Positions 10,328-20,401 of a stretch of DNA of 64,000 bases are shown here, one piece after another. The notes beneath the pieces are model-generated. The model searched no databases and was not told where the DNA came from. It worked only from the letters and a program-made list of their open reading frames with translations. The stretch is from Candidatus Hecatella orcuttiae (GTDB taxonomy: Archaea; Thermoproteota; Bathyarchaeia; Hecatellales; Hecatellaceae), in contig MTLY02000002.1 of the NCBI GenBank assembly GCA_002011035.2, positions 1 to 64,000 on the forward strand, read 5' to 3'. How positions within the stretch are numbered: the stretch's first letter is position 1; the number at the start of each line of letters is the position of its first letter. Position numbers and translations under genes: made by a program.

Positions 10328-11128
10328 TTGCTGGTTGTGGTGAAAGGCGGCGGAGATGTGGGCAGTGGTGTAGCCCACAGGCTGGTTAAAGCCGGAATGC
10401 ATGTGGTCATCACTGAAATTGAAAGACCCACGGTGGTTAGGCGGGCGGTATCGTTCGCTGGAGCCGTGTATGAGGGGGAAGTTGAAGTGGAAGGAGTGAA
10501 GGCTAAACGCGCCGAAAACCTCGACCAAGCTCTCATCCTCCTGAATGAAGGTTGGATCCCTGTCGTCGTGGACAGCAGAGCTGAAACCGTAAAGACCATG
10601 CGCCCCGACGTGGTCGTGGATGCTCTCATGGCGAAGAAAAACCTAGGGACAAAAATGACGGACGCCCCCATCGTGGTCGGTCTAGGACCCGGCTTCACGG
10701 CCGGCCTAGACGTTCACGCTGTGGTGGAAACGAAGAGAGGCCATTACTTGGGAAAAGTCATCTACGAAGGGAAGGCTGAAAAAGACACAGCAACCCCGGG
10801 GCCTATAGAAGGCTACACGGTGGAAAGAGTGCTGAGAGCTCCGGCGGACGGGCTGTTTCGTTCCATAAAAAAAATCGGCGACAAAGTAGCTAAGGGGGAG
10901 CAGGTTGCCTCCGTGGAAGGGCATCCCATCTTCAGCCAAATTCCCGGAGTGATCAGAGGGCTGCTGCGAGACGGTCTTCAAGTGGTGAAAGGACAGAAAG
11001 TTGGCGATGTGGACCCTAGGGGCATTGTTGAGTACTGTTTCACTATTTCCGACAGAGCTAGGGCGATAGGCGGAGGCGTCTTGGAGGCCATCCTCAACCT
11101 GCAAAGAAAGGCTCGCAAACAGAGTTAA
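10328..11128 (+). CDS. yqeB: Selenium-dependent molybdenum hydroxylase system protein YqeB family
   Basis: Motifs VKGGGDVGSG, VRRAVSF, GLGPGF, ETKRGHYLG, GDVDPR, ISDRARAIGGGVLEA. Confidence 0.88.
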   Translation: MLVVVKGGGDVGSGVAHRLVKAGMHVVITEIERPTVVRRAVSFAGAVYEGEVEVEGVKAKRAENLDQALILLNEGWIPVVVDSRAETVKTMRPDVVVDALMAKKNLGTKMTDAPIVVGLGPGFTAGLDVHAVVETKRGHYLGKVIYEGKAEKDTATPGPIEGYTVERVLRAPADGLFRSIKKIGDKVAKGEQVASVEGHPIFSQIPGVIRGLLRDGLQVVKGQKVGDVDPRGIVEYCFTISDRARAIGGGVLEAILNLQRKARKQS

Positions 11129-11144
11129 AAACAGGGTTTAAACT

Positions 11145-11882
11145 GTGCAAGTAATCCCTGTTCTAGACGTTAAAAAAGGCAAAGCTGTGCAGGCTGTGGC
11201 GGGTAGGAGAGAACGTTACCGTCCTCTCAGAAGCTGGCTTTGCTCAGATAGTGATCCACTTCAAGCAGCTCTAAATTTCAAAAACGTATTTGGCTTCAGA
11301 GAATTGTATATCGCAGACTTGGAAGCCATTGCCGGGAAGAAGCCGGATCTCCCCCTCATTGGGGAATTGGCTCGCTGCACAGGTCTAAAGCTTCTGGTGG
11401 ACGTGGGAGTCAGAAAGGTTGCCGACGCATTGGCTGCTGTGAACTCAGGAGCATCGGAAGCGGTCATCGGAACAGAAACCTTACCTGAAATAAAACTTGT
11501 GGAAAACTGCGTAAACCGGCTGGGAGCTGAGAAGGTTACTGTCAGCCTTGATATAGTAGGGGGTAAAATCCTCAGCCCTTCGCCCTCCATCCGTTCGTCG
11601 AGTCCGTCAAATCTGGCTGAGGCTTTGGAAGCCTTAGGAGTTCCACGCATTATCCTTCTTGATCTCTCCAAAGTTGGAACTGGGAAAGGTGTAAACCTCG
11701 AACTCCTCAGAGGTGTTCTAGCTCGAGTTAGCGTGAAGATCTTGGTAGGCGGTGGGGTGAGAAACATCAGCGACCTAAAGCTTCTGAGAGGTTTGGGGGT
11801 TGAGGGAGTCTTGGTGGCTTCAGCCTTCCACAGCCATGAGCTCACTCGGGAGGTTCTTGAGGCGGAAGGCCTCCTTCCCTAG
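11145..11882 (+). CDS. HisA/HisF-related TIM-barrel protein (methanogen/methylotroph C1-associated type)
   Basis: Motifs IPVLDVKKGKAVQAVAGRRERYRP, LYIADL, LDLSKVGTG, GGGVR. Confidence 0.8.
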   Translation: MQVIPVLDVKKGKAVQAVAGRRERYRPLRSWLCSDSDPLQAALNFKNVFGFRELYIADLEAIAGKKPDLPLIGELARCTGLKLLVDVGVRKVADALAAVNSGASEAVIGTETLPEIKLVENCVNRLGAEKVTVSLDIVGGKILSPSPSIRSSSPSNLAEALEALGVPRIILLDLSKVGTGKGVNLELLRGVLARVSVKILVGGGVRNISDLKLLRGLGVEGVLVASAFHSHELTREVLEAEGLLP

Positions 11883-11911
11883 GCAGTTGGATTGGCACTC
11901 TTAACCAGCCT

Positions 11912-12532
11912 TCACACGGCTTGGATGAAGCCTAGGATCCCCGTTCTGATGAAGCTTATGGCTATGGCGCCTATGATGAGGCCCATGATTCTGGAGATCA
12001 CCAAGGACCCTTGGCGGCCTAGATACTTATGAATGTAGGCTCCCGGGCGAAGGATCAACCAAGCTAAGAGAACGTTTAAGACTATAACTGCGAACACCGT
12101 CAGAGGCCCGAAGGGAGGGCTCCTCATCAACATCACCACGCTGATGCTTCCCGGTCCTGCCAGCAGAGGTGTAGCCAGGGGGAAGATGGCCACCTCCTCC
12201 GGCCTAGCTGACTTGTAATGTTTTTCACCCCTCCCTAGCACGTATTCCACGGCGAAGATGAGCAAGATGAGTCCGCTGACGATTCTGAAGTCGTCGAGGG
12301 TTATGTTGAGAAGCTGGAAGAGGTAGATGCCTCCGTAGGCGAAGACCATGAGAATTCCGAAGGCGACGAGGCATGACTTAGCTACAACCCTCCTCCGCTC
12401 CCACTCAGCCATCCCCTCGGTGATGGACAGAAATATGGGAATGTTTCCCACAGGGTCGAAGATGGCGAAGAGGGTGATGAAGCCTTGGAGGAAGATCATC
12501 CACTCCATCTGGAGGAGGGCGTCTTGGACCAT
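11912..12532 (-). CDS. MarC family membrane protein
   Basis: Motifs FAIFDPVGNIP, PLATPLLAGPGSI, RIMGLI. Confidence 0.92.
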   Translation of the reverse strand: MVQDALLQMEWMIFLQGFITLFAIFDPVGNIPIFLSITEGMAEWERRRVVAKSCLVAFGILMVFAYGGIYLFQLLNITLDDFRIVSGLILLIFAVEYVLGRGEKHYKSARPEEVAIFPLATPLLAGPGSISVVMLMRSPPFGPLTVFAVIVLNVLLAWLILRPGAYIHKYLGRQGSLVISRIMGLIIGAIAISFIRTGILGFIQAV

Positions 12533-12607
12533 GGTTCAACCCCACAATAATTCACCACCCTAGCCATATAACAGTTTTAAAAGAAGAAGCCATTAGGAAA
12601 CATAGCA

Positions 12608-14371
12608 ATGGAACGGTTGAGAGGGGCAGATTTGAGCCAATCTGATAAATGCCAGAAAATCATGGAACTGGCCAAGAGAAGAGGCTTTTTCTGGCCTTCC
12701 TACGAGCTCTACGGCGGGGAAAGCGGCTTCATCGACTACGGCCCCCTAGGAGCCATCCTCAAACGGAAGATAGAAGAAAAATGGATTAACCAGTTTGTGG
12801 TGAAAGAAGGCCTCATGCTCATCGACACGCCGGTCATAGGCCCCAGCGCGGTCTTTGAGGCTTCAGGCCACACCGCCCACTTTACAGATCCCATAGCCTC
12901 CTGTAGCCGATGTGGAAGAAAATGGCGGGCAGACCATTTGCTGGAAGACCAGGCGGGGATTTCAGCGGAAGGCCTAGCATTAGTCGAGTTGGACGCTGCC
13001 TTGAAAGAGCATGAAGTCCACTGTCCCGAGTGCGGAGGAAACTTGGAGGCTCCTCAGGTTTTCAACGAGCTTTTCAAGACCACCATAGGCCCTTACAGTG
13101 AGCACGTAGGCTACGGGCGGCCTGAGACGGCGCAGGGGATCTTCGTCAACTTCAAACGGCTTCACGAACTGGCCAGAAACAGGCTTCCCTTCGGTGTGGC
13201 TCAGGTGGGGAAGTGTATGAGAAACGAGATTTCCCCTCGCCAAGGCCCTATTAGGCTTAGAGAGTTAACCATCATGGAGTTGGAGTTTTTCTTCGACCCC
13301 GAAAATCCCCACTGCTCCAAGCTTAAGGAGGTGGAAGAAGAGAAACTCAGACTCTTACATGAAGAATTGATCAGGGAAGGAAAAAATGAGCCTGTGGAGC
13401 TTTCAGTGAGAGAAGCTTTAGAGCGCAACCACATTAAGGCGGAATGGAACGCCTACTTCATGGTTAAGGCTAAAAGATTCCTCAACGAGTTAGGAATTTC
13501 GGACGGTGACCAGTTTTTCAAGGAGAAACTCGTAGGTGAGAGAGCCCACTATTCAGCTCAGACCTACGACCAGGTGGTGAGGCTTTCCCGGTGGGGTTTC
13601 GTCGAGGTTTCAGGCCATGCGTGGCGGACAGACTACGACCTCAAGATGCACATGGCCTCCAGCGGCGTAGACCTGAGGGCTTATGTTCAGTTTGAAAAAC
13701 CCCGTAGAGTTAAAAAATTCACCCTCAAAGCCCATCATAAACAGTTGGCTCAAGTCTTTGGGAAGGATTCGGGCCGCGTAACTAGGCTGCTGGAGTTGAC
13801 TCCGCCTGAGGAGGTGGCTGAAGCCTTGAAGGCGGATGGGCGCTACTTGCTCAGGGGAAACGGTCAAACGTACACCATCCTCCCCGAGCATGTGACCTTA
13901 AAGGAGGAGGAAGTGGAGGAAAAAGGGAGGAGAATTCTGCCCAGTGTAGTAGAGCCCTCCTTCGGCCTTGACAGGCTCACCTACGCAACCTTGGAATATG
14001 CGTACAGTGAAAAAAATGACAGAGTCGTCTTGAAGCTTCCCCGGGATGTAGCCCCCATCCAAGTTGCAGTGCTGCCTTTGGTTTCTAAGAACGGTCTTCC
14101 TGAAAAAGCTGAACAGATTCACAGCCTTCTAAAAGGTGAAGGATTCGCCGTCGAGTACGATGACGCTGGCAGTATAGGGCGTCGATATGCTCGCATGGAT
14201 GAAGCAGGAACCCCCATAGCCGTCACCATCGATTACCAAACCTTAGAAGACGGAACCGTGACCGTCCGCGACAGGAACAGCTGGAAACAGGTGAGAGTCT
14301 CTGCCACGAAGCTGCCGGCTTTTTTGAGAGAGTTTTTCCAAGGCCGCGACGTATTCGCGGTCTCAAGCTGA
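12608..14371 (+). CDS. glyS: Glycyl-tRNA synthetase (alpha2 type)
   Basis: Motifs RRGFFWPS, RPETAQG, RNEISPRQG, EPSFGLDR, SIGRRYAR. True start may be TTG 12632. Confidence 0.97.
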   Translation: MERLRGADLSQSDKCQKIMELAKRRGFFWPSYELYGGESGFIDYGPLGAILKRKIEEKWINQFVVKEGLMLIDTPVIGPSAVFEASGHTAHFTDPIASCSRCGRKWRADHLLEDQAGISAEGLALVELDAALKEHEVHCPECGGNLEAPQVFNELFKTTIGPYSEHVGYGRPETAQGIFVNFKRLHELARNRLPFGVAQVGKCMRNEISPRQGPIRLRELTIMELEFFFDPENPHCSKLKEVEEEKLRLLHEELIREGKNEPVELSVREALERNHIKAEWNAYFMVKAKRFLNELGISDGDQFFKEKLVGERAHYSAQTYDQVVRLSRWGFVEVSGHAWRTDYDLKMHMASSGVDLRAYVQFEKPRRVKKFTLKAHHKQLAQVFGKDSGRVTRLLELTPPEEVAEALKADGRYLLRGNGQTYTILPEHVTLKEEEVEEKGRRILPSVVEPSFGLDRLTYATLEYAYSEKNDRVVLKLPRDVAPIQVAVLPLVSKNGLPEKAEQIHSLLKGEGFAVEYDDAGSIGRRYARMDEAGTPIAVTIDYQTLEDGTVTVRDRNSWKQVRVSATKLPAFLREFFQGRDVFAVSS

Positions 14372-14373
14372 AC

Positions 14374-14784
14374 TTATTCTCCCAGGACTTCCACCGTCAC
14401 CCGGCGGCTTCTCGGCCCATCTAAGTCTAGGAGGAAGATGCTCTGCCAAACCCCTCTCGCTATTTTCGAGTTCCTTAAAGGGAATACTTGGGAGAAGCCT
14501 AAGAAGACCGAGGCAAGATGAGCGTGGGCGTTGTCGTCGACAAGGTCATGGCGGTATCCTGCGCCAGGGGAAAAGAAGCCTTCCACCTTGTTTAAGATGT
14601 CCTGAATTAAGCCCGCCTCGTTTTCGTTGGCAATGAGAGCGGCTGTAGAGTGGGGAACGTAAACCAGGCATAAGCCGTTCCTCACCCCTGAAGCCTCCGC
14701 AGCCTCCTCAACACGTCGGGTGATGTTCACCAGTTCGACTTTTTTGGTGGTTGAAACTGTAAATTCGGTGAAAACCGTTTTCAA
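14374..14784 (-). CDS. yjbQ: YjbQ/UPF0047 family protein
   Basis: Motifs HSTAA..NENE, NAHAHL, GVWQSI..DLDGPR. Confidence 0.9.
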   Translation of the reverse strand: MKTVFTEFTVSTTKKVELVNITRRVEEAAEASGVRNGLCLVYVPHSTAALIANENEAGLIQDILNKVEGFFSPGAGYRHDLVDDNAHAHLASVFLGFSQVFPLRNSKIARGVWQSIFLLDLDGPRSRRVTVEVLGE

Positions 14785-14897
14785 CGAGGATCCTCTCCTG
14801 TATAAACTGGGGCTTCCTCAAAAGTTTAGGTTTCAGTTATTCTTTTAAGCATCTCCCAGCTATAAAATCTTGGATTAGAATAGGTTGGTGCGGAAAG

Positions 14898-15557
14898 GTG
14901 GCTTTACCTCGGGAAGCAGCGGAGCAATTGAGGCGGCGGATTCTGGAAACCTGTCAAGAACACATAAGGAAAGCTTTGGACTCTCTTCGGGAGGTCTGCC
15001 TCATGATCGCCGCCTATCAAAGCGGCGATGAAAACCAAGTCTTCCAGCACCACATAAACGTGGTCAGTAACAACGAGAAATCCTCCCAAATTCGGGACAC
15101 CATCATGAATGAGGTGGCGGACGTGGGAGCCGTCCTCCTCAGCCGGGAGGATTTCATCCGTCTGACTTCCGAGGTTGAAGCCATATCCGACATTTGCATG
15201 GGGATATCCTACAGAATTTCAGAGATGACCAAACGAAAATGGAAAGCTGACTTGGAGGTCATGAAGGAGGTGGGAAGCTTAGCTGAAGCTTCCCTAAACT
15301 GTTTGGTCAGGCTGCGGGAGACGATCTTAGCCCTCAGCTACGGAACCTCCAAGGTTTTGGAGGCAGCGAGGAACGTGGAAGCAGCGGAGAAGACCGTGGA
15401 CAACATCCACCGGAAAGTGGATTTGAAGATCATATCCAGCGGCATGAAGGTGAACATGATATTCCTCGTCAGGGAGATCGCCGAGTTTCTGGAAGAAGTG
15501 GCAGATGTCTCAGAGAACATAGCTCAAACTTCCAAAATCCTCGCCCTCATAACCTAA
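14898..15557 (+). CDS. DUF47/PhoU-like phosphate transport regulator
   Basis: Helical bundle with REDF, AEKTVD and LEEVAD motifs. Confidence 0.8.
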   Translation: MALPREAAEQLRRRILETCQEHIRKALDSLREVCLMIAAYQSGDENQVFQHHINVVSNNEKSSQIRDTIMNEVADVGAVLLSREDFIRLTSEVEAISDICMGISYRISEMTKRKWKADLEVMKEVGSLAEASLNCLVRLRETILALSYGTSKVLEAARNVEAAEKTVDNIHRKVDLKIISSGMKVNMIFLVREIAEFLEEVADVSENIAQTSKILALIT

Positions 15558-15569
15558 CCCTCCAGAACC

Positions 15570-16124
15570 ATGCCTGGGAAAAAGATCACAGCTCAGCTGA
15601 TTGAAAACAGGCTTATCGTTTGGGAGCCCGGCTTAGGAAGCCAGCTTTACAAACTAGGCTACTATGGGAAGCCTTTGGGAATCGCCAAACCCAAAACCTT
15701 TGAGTTTCAGGTTCCCCTTCTCCTAGACCTCATGGAGGGCCTCTACCTCCAAGAAAAAGGCCTCATCCAAGTCTTTGAGAATGGGAAACGGATAAATCGA
15801 AGAGAACTGGCTAGGATGGCTGGGGAAACTCACAGGGACTTCCAGCTTAAATACATGGTCTACCGTGACCTAAGGGAAAACGGCCTCATCGTTCAGCCCG
15901 GCATCAAGTTCGGCTGCGACTTCGCTGTCTACCAGCAGGGTCCCGGCATAGACCACGCGCCTTTCCTGATCCAAGTTAAAAAGCCTCAGGAAGACATCGA
16001 CGCCGTGGAGATCGTCAGGGCTGGAAGGCTGGCTACCACTGTTAGGAAGCGTTTCATCATTGCCGTCCCCAATCTTAAGACTAAAACCATCCGGTACCTC
16101 ATGTTCAAATGGTGGAAAGCATAG
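15570..16124 (+). CDS. endA: tRNA splicing endonuclease, catalytic subunit
   Basis: VYRDLRE, GIKFGCDFAVY..GPGIDHA, GRLA..VRK carry the Tyr-His-Lys triad. Confidence 0.95.
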   Translation: MPGKKITAQLIENRLIVWEPGLGSQLYKLGYYGKPLGIAKPKTFEFQVPLLLDLMEGLYLQEKGLIQVFENGKRINRRELARMAGETHRDFQLKYMVYRDLRENGLIVQPGIKFGCDFAVYQQGPGIDHAPFLIQVKKPQEDIDAVEIVRAGRLATTVRKRFIIAVPNLKTKTIRYLMFKWWKA

Positions 16125-16174
16125 CGCTGGAAAGACGGAGGGATAACCCGCTAGGGGTTTTCTAGGACTTTAAA

Positions 16175-17449
16175 CTAGAGCTCGAAGATTTCTCCCGGTT
16201 TAGGAGCATAGGCTTTGAAGCCTAACTCTTCTTCTACCCACCGGGCTAGGGCTTGGCAGCTTTCATCTTCCCCGTGGACAGTGTAAACCACCGGGTTTCC
16301 TTGAAGAGTTTTCAAGAGGGTTTTCAACTCTTTGCTGCCTGAGTGAGAGGAGAAGCTGAATTTTTCAACCTCCGCCTCCACAGGTTTAAGCTTACCGTTA
16401 GAGTAAATTTTTCTCTGCTCCAGCAGGACTCTCCCCGGTGTTCCTGGAATCTGATAGCTCACTAAAAAGATGGCGTTCCGCTTTTCTTTAGCCACTTTTT
16501 CCACGTAGAAAGCAGCTGCTCCACCTTTAAGCATTCCCGCCGGGGACACGATGACGCAAGGCTGCCGAACGGCTTCCCTCCGCTCCCTCCACTGGGTGAT
16601 CCATCTAGCCTTCTCCAGAGCCCTGCGGAGAAGAGCATAATCCCTGAAATAGAGGGGATGCTGGAGCATGATTTCGTTGACCTCCAAGGCCATACCGTCC
16701 ATGAAGACGGAGTACTCGAAACCGTGCGCTTCTAGGACGCAGAGAACCTCCTGAGATCTCCCCACCGAAAAAGCGGGAACCAAGACTGTTCCTCCCGCTT
16801 CCACAACCTCCCTGACTCTGCCGACGAAAAGTTTCTCCATTTCCAAACGGTCGGGGTGGTCTTCCACAGCGTAGGTGGATTCTAGGATGATGGCGGAGAT
16901 TTCCCCGTAGTCTAGGTCGGCTCCCTTCAGAAGCCTAGTCTCCAGAACATTGAGGTCGCTGGTGTAGACTATCTTCTTTCCGTCTACTTCAACCAGAAGC
17001 TGGGCGCTCCCGGGAATGTGCCCTGCCTCCAAAAACTTCACCCTAAATTTGCCCACTTGAAACGTTTCCCCATATTCGACGAAGATTCCATTATCAACCA
17101 TAGCCTCTAACTCTGGATGTTCGTAGGGTAAATAGTAACCAGCCAGTTTTAGGAAGTCGTTTATCAGAATTTTAGAGAGCCTGAGAGTAAGCTCGGTGCT
17201 ATAAAGAGGAAGCTTGCTGCGGAAGTAAAAAATAGGTATCCCACCACTGTGGTCTAAGTGGGCATGGGTGAGGATTATTCCATCTAAATCTTTGGGAGGA
17301 ATATGAAGGGGAAAATCCGGATCCCGGTCTACCTGAACTCCGTAATCAAGTAGAACACCAGAATGTTCACTGTTTAAAACGACAGCGGACCTACCTACCT
17401 CTCTAACTCCGCCTAGAAATCTTATCTTTATCGATTCCAGTTTTCCCAT
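16175..17449 (-). CDS. MBL-fold beta-CASP ribonuclease (aCPSF2-like, no KH domains)
   Basis: Motifs GGVREVGRS, THAHLDHSG, AGHIPGS, ESTY, FSSH, VHG. Confidence 0.9.
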   Translation of the reverse strand: MGKLESIKIRFLGGVREVGRSAVVLNSEHSGVLLDYGVQVDRDPDFPLHIPPKDLDGIILTHAHLDHSGGIPIFYFRSKLPLYSTELTLRLSKILINDFLKLAGYYLPYEHPELEAMVDNGIFVEYGETFQVGKFRVKFLEAGHIPGSAQLLVEVDGKKIVYTSDLNVLETRLLKGADLDYGEISAIILESTYAVEDHPDRLEMEKLFVGRVREVVEAGGTVLVPAFSVGRSQEVLCVLEAHGFEYSVFMDGMALEVNEIMLQHPLYFRDYALLRRALEKARWITQWRERREAVRQPCVIVSPAGMLKGGAAAFYVEKVAKEKRNAIFLVSYQIPGTPGRVLLEQRKIYSNGKLKPVEAEVEKFSFSSHSGSKELKTLLKTLQGNPVVYTVHGEDESCQALARWVEEELGFKAYAPKPGEIFEL

Positions 17450-17608
17450 ACACCTACAGCTACGATGATGCCTAAACCTACGGACAGCCGGTTTTAACTT
17501 TAAGAAGAGCTGGAAGGATAAAAGGTTTCCATTCTCTACAAAACACAGTAAAAGTCTCCTAATGGGTTGCTGCTGAAAAGAAGCCAGCGATAGGCCGCAG
17601 AGAGACTG

Positions 17609-18241
17609 TTAGGCTTGTTCCCCTTGCTCAGCTACGCATTCTTCACAGACAAAGCTTCCGTTGGCTTCTGTGAGCATGTCAGACCATTGGCCGCAACTGT
17701 CACAATATCCGGCTAGAGGTAGTCCGCCTCTTACAGGGGTAATTACGCCAGCTTTCGCTTTTTCTTGGATTATCTCCAACAGCGTCGGTGTAACCTGAAT
17801 AATTTCTTTACTTGAAACAATGCCCACCATCTTGCCTTTGTCCATGACTAAGAGTCTTCGAACGTTTAGCTTATTCATTATCTTCGCCGCTTCATCGAGG
17901 GAATATTCCGGCGGCACGGTGGCTAGGGGAGAGCTCATGATGTCTTTAGCCTTAACCAGAGAGGGCACAGTGTTGTGAACGACAACCCTCCTAACGATGT
18001 CTCTTTCCGTAATGATCCCCACAGGGTTCTTATCCTCATCCACCACAACGATGCTACCTATCTCTTGGTCGCACATGATTTTAGCCGCTCTATCGATATG
18101 CTCGTCTTCTTCTATGGTATAGACAGGAGTCCGCATCACGTCTTTGATTTTAACGGTAGCGCTTGGACTCGCAGAACTGACTTGGTTTGAATCTTTTGGA
18201 AGCCGAGTTTGAGCCATATTGTAAACACCGGTTAGGGTCAC
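17609..18241 (-). CDS. CBS-pair protein with C-terminal Zn ribbon
   Basis: GIITERDIV and two CBS repeats; GYCDSCG...VCEEC. Confidence 0.88.
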   Translation of the reverse strand: MTLTGVYNMAQTRLPKDSNQVSSASPSATVKIKDVMRTPVYTIEEDEHIDRAAKIMCDQEIGSIVVVDEDKNPVGIITERDIVRRVVVHNTVPSLVKAKDIMSSPLATVPPEYSLDEAAKIMNKLNVRRLLVMDKGKMVGIVSSKEIIQVTPTLLEIIQEKAKAGVITPVRGGLPLAGYCDSCGQWSDMLTEANGSFVCEECVAEQGEQA

Positions 18242-18330
18242 GGATCACTTCATCCTCAAAGAGAGGAAATTCAGTAAACTATAAATGTCTTACTACTAAA
18301 ACAGGCTAAACGCAAAAAAGTGGAAAAGCT

Positions 18331-18522
18331 ATGATAAAACTTTCACCACTGAAATAAAGATATTGAAGACCATGATGGAGCTCCGCGAACTAGATGAACA
18401 AGTTAACAGGTTTCTGCGAGGAAATAACGTAAAAAAAAGTCATATCAGTAAGCGATACCTGCACTTCAGGAGAAAAGGGAATGACCATAGGCCTCATTCG
18501 AGTAGTTGCCTACGAAGCCTAA
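18331..18522 (+). pseudogene. Small (~63 aa) hypothetical gene broken by two frameshifts in A-runs
   Basis: Correcting one A at ~18336 and one at 18431-18438 gives MIKTFTTEIKILKTMMELRELDEQVNRFLRGNNVKKVISVSDTCTSGEKGMTIGLIRVVAYEA*. Confidence 0.55.
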
Positions 18523-18632
18523 GTTCCCAGCTTCCGCCCAATGAAACATCCGACAAGCAGGAGCTTAGTTGTCTCCCTTTTTGGGAGAACTTATAAGCAT
18601 GCCGTCCCATATATCTGGAAAAGTGGTCCTTT

Positions 18633-19235
18633 TTGGCTCCTCATCTGATAGTAGGCATTTCAGGGGCAAGCGGAGCCGTCTATGGCATAAAACTGCTGGA
18701 AACACTTCGGAAAAACCACAATGTGAAAACGCATCTGGTAGTAACCAAGGCAGCTTGGACTACCATAAAACTGGAGACAGGCCTAAGTAAGGATGATGTG
18801 AAGAAACTCGCCAGCTTCTACCATAAAATAGACGACCTGTCCGCCGTCATCTCCAGCGGAAGCTTCAAAACTCAAGGGATGGCGGTGGTACCTTGTAGCA
18901 TGAAAACCCTAGCCGGGATAGCTCACGGTTACGCAGACAACTTGCTCCTAAGAGCTGCCGATGTTACTCTGAAGGAAAGAAGACCCTTAGTCCTAGTTCC
19001 GAGAGAGACCCCCCTGAACATCATCCACCTTGAAAACATGCTGAAAGCAGCCCACGCAGGGGCTGTGATATTACCCCCCGCACCTGGCTTCTACCATAAA
19101 CCTAAAACAGTCACCGACATGGTAAACTACGTCGTAGGTAGGATTTTAGACTGCTTCCAGATCGAACACGGTCTATACCGAAGGTGGGAAGGCGTTAAGC
19201 CGGGGAAACCGTTGAAGTCTCCAAGGCTTTCGTAG
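18633..19235 (+). CDS. ubiX: Flavin prenyltransferase UbiX
   Basis: Motifs GISGASG, SSGSF, PCSMKTLA, RAADVTLKERR, PRETP. Confidence 0.95.
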   Translation: MAPHLIVGISGASGAVYGIKLLETLRKNHNVKTHLVVTKAAWTTIKLETGLSKDDVKKLASFYHKIDDLSAVISSGSFKTQGMAVVPCSMKTLAGIAHGYADNLLLRAADVTLKERRPLVLVPRETPLNIIHLENMLKAAHAGAVILPPAPGFYHKPKTVTDMVNYVVGRILDCFQIEHGLYRRWEGVKPGKPLKSPRLS

Positions 19236-19309
19236 TCTTGGCAGAATTTTTATAAAGATACTGCCATTCTAACCTTTCGCTGCCGGAGGCAGAGCTGGGA
19301 AGCTGAACC

Positions 19310-20389
19310 ATGCTCAAAGTCCTCTGCATAGCTCACCGAGGAGCCAGCGCCTACGAGCCTGAGAACACTTTAGCCGCTGTGGAGGCGGCTATTGCTTTGA
19401 AAGCGGACATGGTGGAGGTGGACCTTCGGCTGAGCAAGGACGGTTTTCCCGTGGTCGTCCATGACAGAACCGTGGACAGAACCACCGACGGCTCAGGTCC
19501 TGTCGGAAACCTAACCTTAGACCAGTTGAAAAAGCTGGACGCTGGAGGAGGAGCCCGCATACCCACCCTAGAAGAAGTTGTCTCAGCCGTGAAAGACAAA
19601 GCAGGCTTGGTCGTTGAACTGAAGGAGAAAGGCTTAGAGAAAAAAGTCTTAGAATCTTTAAAACCCCTCCGCAGCCGGGTGATGGTTACATCTTTTTTTC
19701 ACACGGCTTTGAAGAAAGTTAAAGAGCTCGATCCCCAAGTCGAAACGGGGATCATCATCAAAAGCGAACCCCTACAGATCTCCCAGCTTATCCTCCAAGC
19801 CAAGGCGAACGCTGTTTTCCCAGACTACAGGTATGTAACAGCGACCATGGTGAAGGAAGCCCACCGCAATGGCTTCGCCATCATACCTTGGACGGTGGAT
19901 GAAATCGGAGAAGCCCAAAGGCTTGTTCGCATGGGAGTCGACGGCATCGTTACCAACAGGCCCAATCTTTTCTCCGCTGATCCTTCTAAGCTTCACAGAG
20001 CCTGGAGAGTCTTTCTTGCAGGGCCTATTCAGGGAATGGAAGCAGACCAAGGCTACAGGGAGACTCTAAAGCGGATTCTGAGGGAGAAATCTTTCGAAGT
20101 TGTAGACCCTTGGGAGAGGGAGAAATTCTATTATCCCCAAAGCCAAGAGGGGGTCAAAGGTCTCATCCGAAGAGACCTGATGGACATCGACCGGTGCGAA
20201 TTTTTTCTAGCCTTTCTTCCCCGACTGTCTATGGGAGTGGCTATGGAGCTTTTCCACGCCAAGAAAAAGGGTAAGGAAACCTTTGTCCTAACCTCCCTGA
20301 AGGAGCTGAGCCCATGGGTCGCCGCCCACGCCGACCGGGTCTTTCGAACGTTTGATGAGCTGGAAACCTATCTGGCAGAGTTAAGGTGA
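19310..20389 (+). CDS. Glycerophosphodiester phosphodiesterase fused to a nucleoside 2-deoxyribosyltransferase-like domain
   Basis: N-terminal IAHRGAS..PENTL, EVD, HD..DRTT, WTVD, GIVTN; C-terminal VFLAGPI...RDLMDID...SMGVAME. Confidence 0.85.
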   Translation: MLKVLCIAHRGASAYEPENTLAAVEAAIALKADMVEVDLRLSKDGFPVVVHDRTVDRTTDGSGPVGNLTLDQLKKLDAGGGARIPTLEEVVSAVKDKAGLVVELKEKGLEKKVLESLKPLRSRVMVTSFFHTALKKVKELDPQVETGIIIKSEPLQISQLILQAKANAVFPDYRYVTATMVKEAHRNGFAIIPWTVDEIGEAQRLVRMGVDGIVTNRPNLFSADPSKLHRAWRVFLAGPIQGMEADQGYRETLKRILREKSFEVVDPWEREKFYYPQSQEGVKGLIRRDLMDIDRCEFFLAFLPRLSMGVAMELFHAKKKGKETFVLTSLKELSPWVAAHADRVFRTFDELETYLAELR

Positions 20390-20401
20390 ACAGCCGCCAG
20401 C

